Source: Betaproteobacteria bacterium
GTDB taxonomy: Bacteria; Pseudomonadota; Gammaproteobacteria; Burkholderiales; Usitatibacteraceae
Direction of reading: 5' to 3'
NCBI GenBank assembly: GCA_043793345.1
Contig: JAYVXF010000094.1
Location: 1 to 49,402, forward strand
Length of the DNA: 49,402 nucleotides
Below the pieces are notes generated by a model. The model was not told the origin of the DNA. It did no database searches and saw nothing but the letters and a program-made list of their open reading frames with translations. Below, one piece after another: positions 34,374-45,800 of this stretch (position 1 is its first letter; the number at the start of each line of letters is the position of its first letter). The position numbers and the translations under genes are program-made.

Positions 34374-35567
34374 TCAGCAACGGGTGCCACCCCGAAGGCC
34401 GCGTTCGTAAAAACACAACTGGTCTCGTCCAGCGCGTTTGGCCTCATACAGCGCCAGATCTGCGCATTTCATGAGCGTCTCGCGCTCTCGCGCGTCCTGT
34501 GGAAACATGCTGATGCCGATGCTTGCCGTCACGCGCGATTGCTGTCCGCTTAAGCCGTAAGATTTGCCGACCACCTCGACGAGTTTTTTGCCAACCCGTG
34601 CGGCCGTTTCCTGATCCGAGACCTGTGGCACGACGATGAGAAATTCGTCGCCGCCAAGCCGCGCGACAAAATCAGAGTCCCGCAGCGCACCCTCGATGCG
34701 TGCAGCGACTTGTCGCAGCAGCGCGTCGCCAGCGTCGTGGCCTAAATTGTCGTTGATTGCCTTGAAGCCATCGAGGTCGAGCAACAGCAATGCGAACCCA
34801 CCAAGCGCTGCCTCCTGCTCGCCATCGGCGAGTTTTTTGTCTATGTGCTCCATGACTGCAGCACGATTGCAGAGGCCCGTGAGCGAATCGTGCATGGCCT
34901 GATGCGCGAACCGCGCCTGCGCCGCCCGCTGCGCGATGCTTAACCTGCGTACCGATGCGTATAAAAATATCAGGATGAATGCCGCCGTTGAGATGAGCGC
35001 AACGATCAAACGCCGCACCTTGTCCCCGTACGCCATCTGTTCTGCTTCCTGGGCATCCAGCTGCTTGCGGGCGCCGGCTAACAGCTCGTAGGTGACTTTG
35101 AGCAACTTTTCGCGGCTGCCATCGCTGTAATGCTTTTTCACCATATCGATGGCGGCCTGCTCACCATTCAAGCGGCGGGCGTCGACAATCTTGCGTGCGT
35201 CGGCGATGAAGGCATTGGCGCTCTGCTGAAGCTGGTCAAACCGATCATTCAAGTCGGGATGTTCCAGCCGGCGGGCAGCGAGGTAGCCAACCTCAGCTTC
35301 GATCTCAACCGCGCCCGCACGATATGGCGTGAGTTCGCTGTCTTTGCCGGTAATGATGTAATTTTGCTCGCTGTTGCCAATGGCAAAGGAATGAAAACGA
35401 ATCGCCTCCAGACTGGACACGGTACGCTGCATGCGCAGCGCCTTTTCGTTGCTGCTGATCAGATTTTCAGCCGAGACGACGGCGACGACCGATACCGCCG
35501 CAATCGCGACCACGGCAAATACCAGCGCCGCGAGCGCAACGCCATCAATGGTGGCTGTGAATTTCAC
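34374..35567 (-). CDS. Diguanylate cyclase (GGDEF) with an N-terminal CHASE3-like sensor domain
   Basis: HDSLTGLCNR, RLGGDEFLIV and the I-site-like RDSD are present. The N-terminal TM is followed by ~170 aa of helical periplasmic domain and a second TM. GTG start at 35567. Confidence 0.85.
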   Translation of the reverse strand: MKFTATIDGVALAALVFAVVAIAAVSVVAVVSAENLISSNEKALRMQRTVSSLEAIRFHSFAIGNSEQNYIITGKDSELTPYRAGAVEIEAEVGYLAARRLEHPDLNDRFDQLQQSANAFIADARKIVDARRLNGEQAAIDMVKKHYSDGSREKLLKVTYELLAGARKQLDAQEAEQMAYGDKVRRLIVALISTAAFILIFLYASVRRLSIAQRAAQARFAHQAMHDSLTGLCNRAAVMEHIDKKLADGEQEAALGGFALLLLDLDGFKAINDNLGHDAGDALLRQVAARIEGALRDSDFVARLGGDEFLIVVPQVSDQETAARVGKKLVEVVGKSYGLSGQQSRVTASIGISMFPQDARERETLMKCADLALYEAKRAGRDQLCFYERGLRGGTRC

Positions 35568-35592
35568 GTGATTCAGTCATCTATTTGGTTGT

Positions 35593-36879
35593 TCAACATT
35601 CGGCAAATGCCTCGCGTGCCGCGCTTGCCGTGGTGTTGATGTCGGCGGCGGTATGCGCTGCCGATACGAAGCCTGCCTCGAAGGCGGACGGTGCCAGGTA
35701 AATTCCACGATTCAACATGGCGTGAAAAAAACGGTTGAACCGCTGTTTGTCGCACTGCATCACTTCAGCGTAATTTTGCGGCGCGGTCGCGCGAAAAAAA
35801 AGCCCGAACATGCCACCGAGCGACGCGCCACTGAATGCGACACCCGCGTCGGCAGCGGCTGCAATCAAGCCATCGACAAGCGCTGACGTGGTTTGCGCGA
35901 GGGCGTCGAAAAAGCCTGGCGCTGCGACGAGCTCAAGCGTTTTCAATCCCGCAGCGACCGCGACCGGATTGCCAGACAACGTTCCCGCCTGATACACGCC
36001 ACCGAGTGGGGCGAGATGCGCCATGATATCGCGGCGTCCGCCGAAAGCGCCCACCGGCATGCCACCGCCAATGACCTTGCCCAGCGTGGTCAAATCGGGC
36101 GTGATGCCGAAGTGCCCTTGCGCGCCGCTTAAGCCGACACGAAAACCGGTCATGACTTCATCAAAAATCAGCACGGCATCATATTTTGTACAGAGACTTC
36201 GCAGCGTATCCATGTACGCCTGGCTCGGCACCACAAAATTCATATTGCCGGCCACCGGCTCGATGATGACGCAGGCAATTTCATTGCCCATTTTGCGGAA
36301 ACAATTTTCCGCGTCGTCGATGTCGTTGTAGTTGAGCACAATGGTGTGTGCCACCACTTCGGCGGGCACGCCGGCCGAGCTGGGATTACCGAAGGTGAGC
36401 GCGCCGGAGCCGGCCTTTACAAGTAGCGCATCGCCGTGGCCGTGGTAGCAGCCTTCAAATTTCACAATTTTATTGCGGCCCGTGAAGCCGCGTGCGAGAC
36501 GAATCGCACTCATGGTCGCTTCGGTGCCTGAGCTGGTCAGACGAACCTGCTCGATCGATGGCAACAACGCGCACAGCCGCTCGGCCATATGCAGCTCAGC
36601 CTCGGTCGGCGCGCCGAACGACATGCCCTTGGCCGCGCGTTCCTGTACGGCGCGTACCACCTCGGGGTGGGCGTGGCCAAGAATCGCCGGCCCCCATGAG
36701 CCGACGTAATCGATGAACTTGTTGCCGTCAACATCCCACAGGTGAGCGCCATGGCCCTCGCGGAAAAAAATCGGCGTGCCGCCCACCGCGCGAAAGGCGC
36801 GCACCGGCGAATTGACGCCGCCAGGAATGACGCGCTGGGATTTGTCAAACAGAATTTTGCTATTGGTGAAGTTCAGCAT
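35593..36879 (-). CDS. hemL: Glutamate-1-semialdehyde 2,1-aminomutase
   Basis: Motifs [12 protein letters not shown] and [10 protein letters not shown] are present, and the PLP-Lys context is [17 protein letters not shown]. The start is set at the ATG at 36879 (MLNFTNSK), giving 428 aa. It overlaps the thiE stop by 20 nt. Confidence 0.9.
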   Translation of the reverse strand: MLNFTNSKILFDKSQRVIPGGVNSPVRAFRAVGGTPIFFREGHGAHLWDVDGNKFIDYVGSWGPAILGHAHPEVVRAVQERAAKGMSFGAPTEAELHMAERLCALLPSIEQVRLTSSGTEATMSAIRLARGFTGRNKIVKFEGCYHGHGDALLVKAGSGALTFGNPSSAGVPAEVVAHTIVLNYNDIDDAENCFRKMGNEIACVIIEPVAGNMNFVVPSQAYMDTLRSLCTKYDAVLIFDEVMTGFRVGLSGAQGHFGITPDLTTLGKVIGGGMPVGAFGGRRDIMAHLAPLGGVYQAGTLSGNPVAVAAGLKTLELVAAPGFFDALAQTTSALVDGLIAAAADAGVAFSGASLGGMFGLFFRATAPQNYAEVMQCDKQRFNRFFHAMLNRGIYLAPSAFEAGFVSAAHTAADINTTASAAREAFAEC

Positions 36880-37519
36880 GGCTTTCAGGTTGAAAAAGAA
36901 AATCAAATTCGCGCGCCCGCTGCTCGATATCGTCGGCGTCAAACAGGGATGAAATCACCGCCACCGCATCAACGTTGGCCGCGATCAATTGCGGCGCATT
37001 GTCGACCGTGATACCGCCGATGGCCACGACGGGTATCTTGAATCGGCTCTTGGCCGCATGAATCAGGGATATGTCGGCTCTGATTGCATGCGGTTTGGTG
37101 AGTGACGAAAAAAAACTGCCGAACGCGATGTAATCCGCACCTGCCTCAACCGCCGCCGCCCCGCGGGACAGCTCGTTGTAGCAGGAGACGCCGATGATGA
37201 AAGGCCGATGCGGTAAGCGAGCCGCCCAGTTTTCGCGTATTCGCGGAATTGTATCGACTCCACCATCGTCTCGCCCCAGATGCACCCCGTCGGCATCGAC
37301 CGACAAGGCGAGCTCACTATCGTCGTTGACAATGAATGTTGTGCCGGTGGCGCGGGTGACCGCCCGCAGCGCCAGCGCCTGCGTTTTGGCAATATCCCTG
37401 GCGAGCCGCTTGGCGCGATATTGCACGACACTCGCGCCGCCGGCGATGGCACGGCTAACCTGCTCGATGAGTCGCGTCGAATCGGCTGTCTCCGGCGTAA
37501 TCGCGTACAGTCCACGCAT
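36860..37519 (-). CDS. thiE: Thiamine-phosphate synthase
   Basis: [10 protein letters not shown]..., [20 protein letters not shown] and VAIGGI are typical ThiE motifs. Confidence 0.9.
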   Translation of the reverse strand: MRGLYAITPETADSTRLIEQVSRAIAGGASVVQYRAKRLARDIAKTQALALRAVTRATGTTFIVNDDSELALSVDADGVHLGRDDGGVDTIPRIRENWAARLPHRPFIIGVSCYNELSRGAAAVEAGADYIAFGSFFSSLTKPHAIRADISLIHAAKSRFKIPVVAIGGITVDNAPQLIAANVDAVAVISSLFDADDIEQRAREFDFLFQPESHAELHQ

Positions 37520-37545
37520 GAAGTTGCTATCTGCTCGTCGCTGGT

Positions 37546-38427
37546 CTAATGGCGAACGCCGCCGGACTGGCGAATGTCGTTTGGATCGGTAGCCGGCATC
37601 GCGTCGTCGTCGTTTTCATCGTCCCGCGCCCAAAATAACCGGTCAGGCACAAACTGACCCATCCCCGGACGGAAGCCGAATTTGAGCGCTTGCCAGGTGT
37701 ATTCCTGCGCTTCCCGCGCCGCCTCGGAAATATCGAGGCCGCGCGCAATGGTGGCCGCCAATGCCGAGGCGAGCGTACACCCAGAGCCATGATAGCTGCC
37801 CGGCAAACGAGCCCAGACATCACTGCGCACAATACCTTTTTCGAAAAACATGGTGTTGATCACGTCAGCCGTCGATTCGTGGGTGCCGGTCACCAGCACG
37901 TACTCGCAGCCCATGCCGATAAGACGCATGGATAGCTTCTCGATGCCGATGCCATCTTCGTCGTCCTCTAATGCGAGCCGCCGTAGCTCCGGCGTATTTG
38001 GCGTAATCACGGTGCATTGCGGAATCAGTAGCTCCTTCATCGCGGCCAGCATATCTTCATTGGCAAATTCGTCGCCCCGGCCCGACGCCAGCACCGGATC
38101 GAGGATGAGCGGGATATCGGGATAATCAGATACGATTTCTGCAATCGCCTGAACATTTTCGGCGCTACCCATCACGCCAATTTTGAACGCGGCCACGGGA
38201 ATGTCTTCGAGTATGGCGCGCGCCTGATCGGCGACCCAATCCGCATCCACCGGCGAAATCGCCTCAACGCCCGACGTGTCCTGAACCGTGATCGCCGTAA
38301 TCACCGTTAACGGATGGCAACCCATGCTTGCCAGCGTCAGAATGTCGGCCTGAATGCCAGCGCCGCCGGACGGGTCGCTCGCCGCAAAGGATAAAACGGC
38401 TGGGGGGGCTTTGATGAAGTCGGGCAT
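37546..38427 (-). CDS. thiD: Hydroxymethylpyrimidine / phosphomethylpyrimidine kinase
   Basis: VLSFAASDPSGGAGIQADILT and the GTGCTLASA-type motif (HGSGCTLASALAA) are present. The start is set at the ATG at 38427 and the product is 293 aa. Confidence 0.9.
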   Translation of the reverse strand: MPDFIKAPPAVLSFAASDPSGGAGIQADILTLASMGCHPLTVITAITVQDTSGVEAISPVDADWVADQARAILEDIPVAAFKIGVMGSAENVQAIAEIVSDYPDIPLILDPVLASGRGDEFANEDMLAAMKELLIPQCTVITPNTPELRRLALEDDEDGIGIEKLSMRLIGMGCEYVLVTGTHESTADVINTMFFEKGIVRSDVWARLPGSYHGSGCTLASALAATIARGLDISEAAREAQEYTWQALKFGFRPGMGQFVPDRLFWARDDENDDDAMPATDPNDIRQSGGVRH

Positions 38428-38569
38428 GATTAATTGGCTTGACAGGATGACGAGCGGAAAACGCTTGAATGGCACACCGGCAGTGCAGCCGCTATCATGC
38501 ACACTTTTCGATGGATGGGGCTTACCGTTTGCTGAATGCCATCACTCATTGTAGCCTTGAAAGTAGAAT

Positions 38570-38758
38570 ATGGATGCACCGCTATCGCCTGCCAATAAAA
38601 CCTGGATGTGTCTCGTTTGCGGATTGATGTACGAAGAAGCGGTCGGTTGGCCGGACGACGGGATCCTGCCCGGCACGCGTTGGCAAGATGTGCCGATTAG
38701 CTGGTGCTGTCCTGAATGCGGTGCGCGCAAGGAGGACTTTGAAATGGTTGAGTTCTGA
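38570..38758 (+). CDS. Rubredoxin
   Basis: [12 protein letters not shown]...[18 protein letters not shown] carries the two CxxC knuckles and the conserved aromatic residues. Confidence 0.9.
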   Translation: MDAPLSPANKTWMCLVCGLMYEEAVGWPDDGILPGTRWQDVPISWCCPECGARKEDFEMVEF

Positions 38759-39015
38759 TTGCGGCGCCCATCCCCCGACATGCGCGGTGACGGTTGTTTA
38801 CAAAGGCATCGTCAAAACATGTGGCTCCTTATTGTTTCTTTCCTGAAATCGCGATAACCTTTCCGACTGTTGCAGATGTATATGTGAACGCAATCGATGC
38901 ACGGCAGCAGGACAATGGTCGCTTGCATATCGATGGCAGTTTGCGGGTACGATAGCGGTCGATTGAAAAATCTGCAGGTATTCAATTTAATGCGTCCGTT
39001 CAGAAAGACAGTCTC

Positions 39016-39426
39016 GTGAGCGAAGCAAAGCCGCTGTCCGGTGTGAGGGTCATGGTGATCGACGATTCAAATACGATTCGTCGATCCGCCGAGATTTTCC
39101 TGATGCAGGCGGGCTGCCAGGTGATCCTGGCCGAAAATGGTTTCGATTCGCTCGCCAAGATTGCCGATCATCATCCGGATCTTATTTTTGTCGATGTCAT
39201 GATGCCGCGACTGGACGGCTACCAAACCTGTGCGTTGATTAAAAAAAATGCAAAATTCAAGGTCACACCGGTAATCATGTTGTCGTCCAAGGACAGCCTG
39301 TTTGATCGCGCGCGCGGACGCATGGTCGGGTCTGACGAATATCTGACGAAGCCATTTTCAAAAGACAGTTTGCTGAAGACCGTGGCCGCACATTTGCCCG
39401 ATCGTCATCGCGGCAATGTACTTTAG
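39016..39426 (+). CDS. pilG: Twitching-motility CheY-like response regulator PilG
   Basis: VMVIDDSNTIRRSAEIFLMQAGCQVILAENGFDSLAKIADHHPDLIFVDVMMPRLDGYQTCALIKKNAKFKVTPVIMLSSKDSLFDRARGRMVGSDEYLTKPFSKDSLL is near-collinear with the Pseudomonas PilG sequence as I recall it. GTG start. Confidence 0.9.
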   Translation: MSEAKPLSGVRVMVIDDSNTIRRSAEIFLMQAGCQVILAENGFDSLAKIADHHPDLIFVDVMMPRLDGYQTCALIKKNAKFKVTPVIMLSSKDSLFDRARGRMVGSDEYLTKPFSKDSLLKTVAAHLPDRHRGNVL

Positions 39427-39484
39427 CGTCACAAATACAAATCCCAACATATCAACACATTGAATATTATTATTGGAGCAAATT

Positions 39485-39850
39485 ATGGCCGTCAAAAAAA
39501 TCCTCATCGTTGACGACTCCCCCACGGAACGCGCTTTTCTCGAGGCGTTACTGGTTAAATCAGGCTACGCCGTCGTTGTCGCCAACAGCGGCGAAGAGGG
39601 CGTTGAAAAAGCCAAAGCGGATTTGCCAGACCTCATCCTGATGGACGTCGTCATGCCCGGCCTCAATGGCTTTCAGGCAACCCGTGCGATTGCGCGCGAT
39701 GAAACGACCAAACATATTCCCGTCTTCATCTGTACCACGAAGGATCAGGAAACGGACAAGATCTGGGGCATGCGGCAGGGTGCCAAGGACTATCTGGTCA
39801 AGCCCGTGAGTGGGCCGGAATTGATTGCGAAAATCAAGGCGCTGGGTTGA
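39485..39850 (+). CDS. pilH: CheY-like response regulator PilH
   Basis: Single REC domain (ILIVDDSPTER, LILMDVVMPGLNGFQ, KP). The ATG at 39485 lies 6 nt after GGAG. It is positioned after pilG. Confidence 0.85.
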   Translation: MAVKKILIVDDSPTERAFLEALLVKSGYAVVVANSGEEGVEKAKADLPDLILMDVVMPGLNGFQATRAIARDETTKHIPVFICTTKDQETDKIWGMRQGAKDYLVKPVSGPELIAKIKALG

Positions 39851-39882
39851 GCGCCCGCCTTTTTTTCGGCGCGCGCTGACCC

Positions 39883-40419
39883 GTGGCAAGAAAGACCAGT
39901 CTCCGCGAGTTTCAACAAGGCGTGGCGCAGCGTTTGCGTGATGCTGCGTCTCGCAAAACGGTGCTATCAAGACTGGGGTTTCAGGTGGGCCAAGACAATT
40001 GGCTGGTCAACCTGTCGGACGTGTCCGAGGTCATTCCGGTTCCCAGCATTGTTGCCGTGCCGATGACGCTGCCCTGGTATCGCGGTGTTGCCAATATTCG
40101 CGGCAAGCTTTACTCAATCACCGATTTTGCGGCCTTCCAGGGTCAGCCGACGATTGGGCCTGGAATGGAGCACCGGGTTATTTTGGTGGCAGAAAAATTG
40201 ATCGAGGGATCGGGTTTTTTGGTGAGCCGGATGTTGGGCCTGCACAACCCCGCCTTATTCACCCCCGAAGTGCTCGATGCTGGTGCCGCCCAGCCATGGA
40301 TAAAAGGTGTTTATCGCGACGCAGTTGGCGCACGCTGGAGCGAATTGGATTTGTCGGGGTTGACGCATGACACGCGTTTTCTCGAAGCAGGAATCGTGAC
40401 TGCGGTAGTCGCCGCTTAG
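39883..40419 (+). CDS. pilI: CheW-like coupling protein PilI
   Basis: The CheW-like pattern is WLVNLSDVSEVIPVPSIVAVPMTLPWYRGVANIRGKLYSITDF...VILV. It sits between pilH and pilJ. GTG start. Confidence 0.8.
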   Translation: MARKTSLREFQQGVAQRLRDAASRKTVLSRLGFQVGQDNWLVNLSDVSEVIPVPSIVAVPMTLPWYRGVANIRGKLYSITDFAAFQGQPTIGPGMEHRVILVAEKLIEGSGFLVSRMLGLHNPALFTPEVLDAGAAQPWIKGVYRDAVGARWSELDLSGLTHDTRFLEAGIVTAVVAA

Positions 40420-40462
40420 CGGCGTTGGTAACGATCTCATATTGTAAGCAAGGGAGAAGCCC

Positions 40463-42778
40463 ATGGCACTCAAATTACCGTCCCTGTTGAATACGGACAA
40501 AAAAAAGACCGGCAGCGCGTCGGCCAAGCCAGCCACTGGCCGCAGGTTTTCGCTACCTTTTATTGATAAGCTGTTCGGACCCAGAAAAACACCGTTCGGC
40601 ACTCCGTCGATAGGGCTCGGCAAAAACTCCAAACCGAGTGCTGACCCCACCACCAATGCCGCCAATGCGGGTGCTGCCACGGCCACCGAAACGCGGAAAA
40701 TAACGGCGGATGTCGAAGCGGCCAAAGTCACCAAAACAGCCAAGAAAGCGAGTGGGCTAAAGCTGCCGATCATCGGCAATCGTCCGATCGAGCAGCAACT
40801 ACCGATTTTGCTCACCATCGCCGCAGTGTTCGGCGCGCTGACCATTGGCGCGATTTTTGTAGACGCAAGAAACCGCAGCAATATTTCCACCTACACCAAC
40901 ATTACCTCGCAGCTGCAGTTTCATACGCAGCGGCTGGCGAAATCGGCCGGCCTTTCGGCGCGCGGTGACCTGGCATCGTTTCCACAATTGCAGGATAGCC
41001 GCGATCAGTTTCAGATTTACCTGAACGTACTTAATGACGGCGGCGAGGCTTTCAACAACTCGGTTCCCAACGCGAAAATCAGCGAAGAGCTCACCTCACG
41101 CCTGAGTGAGCTGACAAAACGTTTCTCGGATGGCGCAAATTCGGCCACCGCTATTTTGGCGGCGAAAAATGACCTGTCCGAGCTGTCCCGTAACATCGCG
41201 CAGGTTCGCGCGGGCTCCGAAGAACTGGCCGAGCTGTCTCAAGATCTGACCGGTCTCATGCAACAGTCGGGCGCGCCGCCCGTACAAGTGCTGAAGGTTA
41301 ACCGTCTGACATTTCTCTCTGAGCGACTCGGCCGCGGATCGGCCGAAATTCTGGGTGGAGAAATCATCGATCCAACCGTTCCGTTCCTGATGGGTAAGGA
41401 CACCAACGATTTCCGCGAGCTGATTAAAGCGCTGGAGTCCGGTTCGGATGCGCTCGGCATCAGCGCGCTGCGTGACGGCGATGCGAAAGCCAAAGTTGCC
41501 AAACTGCGCGAATCTTTCAACCGGTTTGAAGAAAACATCAAGCCCATTCTTGGCAGCGTGCAAAAGCTGGTGTCGGCACGGCAGTCGGGCCGCGCGCTAC
41601 AGCAGGGCTCGGAGCAGCTTCTCGGCAACGTGGAGGAATTGCAAAAAGCACTCGCGGTGGAAAAGCAAAACCTGCCACTCATACTTGCCTTCATTTTTGG
41701 CGCGCTCGCGTTGATTTTTCTGGGGTTGATCGCAGCCCTGTTCCTGTCGGATGCGCGCAAGCGTGCGGCTGAATCCGAAGCCGAAAACAAGCGTAATCAG
41801 GAGGCTATCCTGCGCTTGCTTAACGAAATGGGCGATCTGGCGGACGGCGACTTGACCATACGCGCCAAGGTGACCGAGGACATTACCGGCGCGATCGCTG
41901 ACTCGATGAATTACACGATCGATGAACTGCGTGCGCTGGTGACCGGCGTGAACAACGCTTCTACTTCGGTGTCGGCAAAATCCCAGCAGGCGCAAGCGGT
42001 GTCGGTGCAATTGCTTGACGCGGCGGAAAAACAATCGAAAGAAATTCAGGAAACAACCCAGCAGGTGTTGGGTGTGGCGCAGACGCTGACCACGGTTTCG
42101 TCAAACGCCGAGGAATCTTCCCAGGTCGCGATGCGCTCACTCGCGGCTTCCGACAAAGGTCGACTCGCGGTGCAGAACTCGATCTCCGGCATGAACGACA
42201 TCCGCGAACAAATACAGGAAACCTCAAAACGCATCAAGCGGCTGGGCGAAAGCTCCCAGGAAATTGGCGAGATCGTGGAGCTGATTTCCGACATTACCGA
42301 GCAGACCAACGTACTCGCGCTGAATGCGGCCATTCAGGCGGCGTCAGCCGGAGAAGCGGGGCGCGGCTTCTCGGTGGTTGCCGAAGAGGTGCAGCGATTG
42401 GCTGAGCGCTCGGGCGAAGCGACCAAGCAGATCGGCGCGATCGTCAAGACCATTCAGGCCGACACGCAAGACGCGGTGGCCGCCATGGAAAAATCAACGA
42501 CTGGCGTGGTGGAGGGCGCGAAGCTCTCCGATGCAGCGGGTCAGGCGCTGAGCGAAATTGACACGGTGACCAAAAATCTCGCCAACCTCATTCAGCGCAT
42601 TTCCGCTGATACGCAGGCGCAGGCGGCGTCAGCCAACAAGGTCGCACGCAACATGCAGGACATTCTGGAGATCAATCGGCAAACCACCACGGGTACGCAA
42701 CAAACTGCTTCGTCGATTAAGGAATTGGCTGATGTGGCCTCCGATCTCAAGGCCTCGGTTTCCGGATTCAAGCTATAG
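40463..42778 (+). CDS. pilJ: Methyl-accepting chemotaxis protein PilJ
   Basis: The MCP signalling hairpin is [38 protein letters not shown]. It has two TMs with a large periplasmic domain, HAMP, and a ~115-aa Lys/Pro/Thr/Ala-rich cytoplasmic N-terminal extension. Confidence 0.9.
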   Translation: MALKLPSLLNTDKKKTGSASAKPATGRRFSLPFIDKLFGPRKTPFGTPSIGLGKNSKPSADPTTNAANAGAATATETRKITADVEAAKVTKTAKKASGLKLPIIGNRPIEQQLPILLTIAAVFGALTIGAIFVDARNRSNISTYTNITSQLQFHTQRLAKSAGLSARGDLASFPQLQDSRDQFQIYLNVLNDGGEAFNNSVPNAKISEELTSRLSELTKRFSDGANSATAILAAKNDLSELSRNIAQVRAGSEELAELSQDLTGLMQQSGAPPVQVLKVNRLTFLSERLGRGSAEILGGEIIDPTVPFLMGKDTNDFRELIKALESGSDALGISALRDGDAKAKVAKLRESFNRFEENIKPILGSVQKLVSARQSGRALQQGSEQLLGNVEELQKALAVEKQNLPLILAFIFGALALIFLGLIAALFLSDARKRAAESEAENKRNQEAILRLLNEMGDLADGDLTIRAKVTEDITGAIADSMNYTIDELRALVTGVNNASTSVSAKSQQAQAVSVQLLDAAEKQSKEIQETTQQVLGVAQTLTTVSSNAEESSQVAMRSLAASDKGRLAVQNSISGMNDIREQIQETSKRIKRLGESSQEIGEIVELISDITEQTNVLALNAAIQAASAGEAGRGFSVVAEEVQRLAERSGEATKQIGAIVKTIQADTQDAVAAMEKSTTGVVEGAKLSDAAGQALSEIDTVTKNLANLIQRISADTQAQAASANKVARNMQDILEINRQTTTGTQQTASSIKELADVASDLKASVSGFKL

Positions 42779-42835
42779 CCGCCGGCCAAACCACACCGAT
42801 CCATGTCCCAACTGAAATCCTGTTCGCAATAAATA

Positions 42836-45800
42836 ATGGCGCTCAATCCGAAACCTGCGTTTGATATCGGCCCGCTCTCCTGGGTGAAGGCGGAGATTGA
42901 GCATTCGCTCACCGAGACGCGCACCCACCTTGAGGCCGTGAAGGCGAATCCCGGCGACGCCAAAGCGGCCAAATACGCGGCGACGCACTTGCATCAAGTG
43001 ACCGGGGCGCTGACCATGGTTGGCCTCGGTGCCGCGACACGATTCAATGAAGAAATTGAAAAGCTGGTGGGCAGTCTTGAGAGCGACCCGAATGCGCGCG
43101 CACAAGCGCCCCAACGCATTAATACTGCCCTGACCGCAACCGCCAGCCTGTCGGCATACCTCGACAGCTTGATGGCGGGCGACCCGGATCGTCCGATGCT
43201 GCTTGCGCGCGCCTACCTTGAGGTCAATAAAGCGCGCGGTGCCACGGACGCGGCCGAGATCGACCTGTTTTCGCCCGATTTATCGCTTAGCGTGGACGTG
43301 CCTGACAATACGGTGGCGCTGCCAAAATCGGAGATGCTCGCTGAGGCAATCAAGCAGCGGCGCGCAATGTATCAGTCAGGGCTGTTGCGGCTACTGCGCG
43401 ACAAGGATATGGTCGGCGGTGCCCGTGAAATGCGCAACGCGACGCTGGCGATTGAGGCGCTGCAAGTGACGTCGCCGACCGTATCGTTTTGGTATGCCGC
43501 GAGCGGATTCTTTGATGCCGTAGCTAACAATCCGGTCGAAGCCGGCACATTGGCCGTGCAATTGTTCGGCAAGATCGATCAGCAAATAAAGCTGCTGATC
43601 GAAGGCGTACAGAAAATTCCGGAAAAATTGTTCCGGGACATCCTGCTCGTCATCGGCAGATCAAACGCGAATACCGAGCGCTTGAAAAAAATCCGCGAAC
43701 TCTATCGACTCGATGAGCTGCTCGCCGTGCCCGTTGAACGCGGCGTTCTGGGTGCCGACGACACGCTGAAGGCGGTGATTCGCGGCCTGCGCGATCAGGT
43801 GCAGGAGCAAAAAGAAAACTGGCTCAAATTTGCCAGCGGGAACCACGCAGCGCTAGAGCAATTTGTGACGCAGAGTGAACCGTTTAACGCGGCGGCGCAA
43901 CAGCAGCCAAACAAGGATCTCGCCGACGTCGTGCAGACCATGGGTACCGTTGGTGCGCATTTACGCAAAACCGAAGTGCCCGCGAGCGAAGCGCAAGCTC
44001 TCGAAATGGCGACCGCGCTACTGTTCATCGAGTCTTCGCTGGAAAATTATTTTCACCAGTCCACCGACTTTGGCGCGCAAGCCCGCAACGTCGTTGCGCG
44101 CCTGAAAGGCGCAATGACTGGTGCAGCCTTGCCGCCTGCGGCAGCGGGCAGCTCGGCGCTGATGGACGACATGTCCAAGCGCGCGCAGGAACGCATGCTG
44201 ATGTTCCAGGTCGGTCAGGAAGTCCAGGTGAATCTGTCCACGATTGAAGGCTCACTCGACACCTTCTTCCGCGACCCGTCCAAACCGGCCGAGCTGACCA
44301 GCCTGGCACCAATGTTCTCCCAAGTGCAGGGCGCGCTGACGATTCTGGAATTGAATGAAGCGGCGGCACTCAATACACTTTTGAAGGAACGCGTTGCGCA
44401 ATTCGCCTCTGGCGCGATCACCAGCGTGGCCGACGATGCCGAAGCCGTCGCCGAAGGCGTTTCCGCCATGGGTTTGTACATTGCCGCGTTGCAGCAAGGT
44501 GTGTCACAGCCGCGCGAGGCGCTACTGCCCGCGTTGATCCGCTTCGGGCTTGCCGATAAAGCGGTAGAGCCTGACCGCAGCCTGATCAAGTCACCGGTGT
44601 CGGAAGCGGATGTCGATGTCGCCAAGCAAAAGGTACAGGAGCTTTACGCGGACTGGAAACAGCAACCCGAGCAGACTGCCTCGCGGGATCAGTTGCGCGA
44701 AGCGGTCAAGGAATTGAAGCTTGACGCGACACTGATTGCCGACAATGAATCGGCGCGACAAAGTGACGAAATGTTGAAGGCCATCGATCAGACGTTCGAT
44801 CCGAACAAGATCGGCGTTGCAGCACTCGCCGAGATGGCACCCGATAAACCGACTACCGCACCGACGGCGCAAACGGTGCAGTTGATCGACGCACCGGTCA
44901 CCGAAGTGGACTCGGAGTTACTGGAAATATTCCTCGAGGAAGCTGGCGAAGTGGTCGCAACCATCCGCGAAAACCTCGTTGTGCTGCGCGGCAAGGCTCA
45001 CGACAATGAAGCGCTCATCACCATCCGCCGCGGCTATCACACGCTCAAAGGTTCGGGCCGCATGGTCGGGCTTGCCAATTTGGGTGACGTCGCCTGGAAC
45101 TGCGAACAGGTATTCAATAAGTGGCTAAAAGACGAAAAGCCGGCGAGCGCGGGCTTGCTGGCGTTTGTTGAACACACCTCGAACGCATTCTCGGCGTGGG
45201 TCGATGCGCTGAAGACCAACAGTGGCGCGCATGTGGATGGCGCAGATATCGCCCGCATGGCTGAAGCGCTCAAGAATGGCGAAGCACTCACTGCGGAATC
45301 AGCGCCCGCGTTGGTGGTTGAAACAATCACGCCGCAAATCATCGAGACACCAGTAGTTGTCGCAGCGCCAATCGAGGCGTCGCTGCCGGCGTTGGTAGAA
45401 CCCTTCGTTTTCACTCCGCCATTTACCGTCCCCGAAACGACTGTCGTCGAGCCGGCCGACGTGCGGGTCGGCTCCATCGTGGTGCCGCACGCACTATTCA
45501 ATATCTATCGCGGCGAAGCCGGACAGCATATTGCCACGCTCGACAACGAAATGACGGCACTCGAAGCCAGGCCACAACAGCCGGTGTCGCACGAGTTCAT
45601 GCGCGCGGCGCACACCCTCAACAGTTCTTCGCGCACCACCAATTTCGACATGATCGCCGATGTTGCCGCCGCATTGGAAAAATGGGCGCAGGACGCCATC
45701 GAGTTGATGCCGCCGCTCGATTCGGGCCGCTTGAACGTGATGCGTCAGGCGGTTGACGCGCTAAGCAGCATGGTGATGGGTCTGCACACCCACGAGCTAC

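Noticed and set aside
38402-38408. G7/C7 homopolymer near the 5' end of thiD as a possible phase-variation tract
   Set aside because: The tract is short, it encodes APP in a housekeeping gene, and I see no indication of contingency-locus behaviour.
38428-38569. Possible TPP riboswitch upstream of thiD
   Set aside because: I looked on the minus strand for the conserved CUGAGA and ACCUGAUCUGGAUAAUGCCAGCG-type elements and found none. The interval is short and is shared with the divergent rubredoxin promoter.
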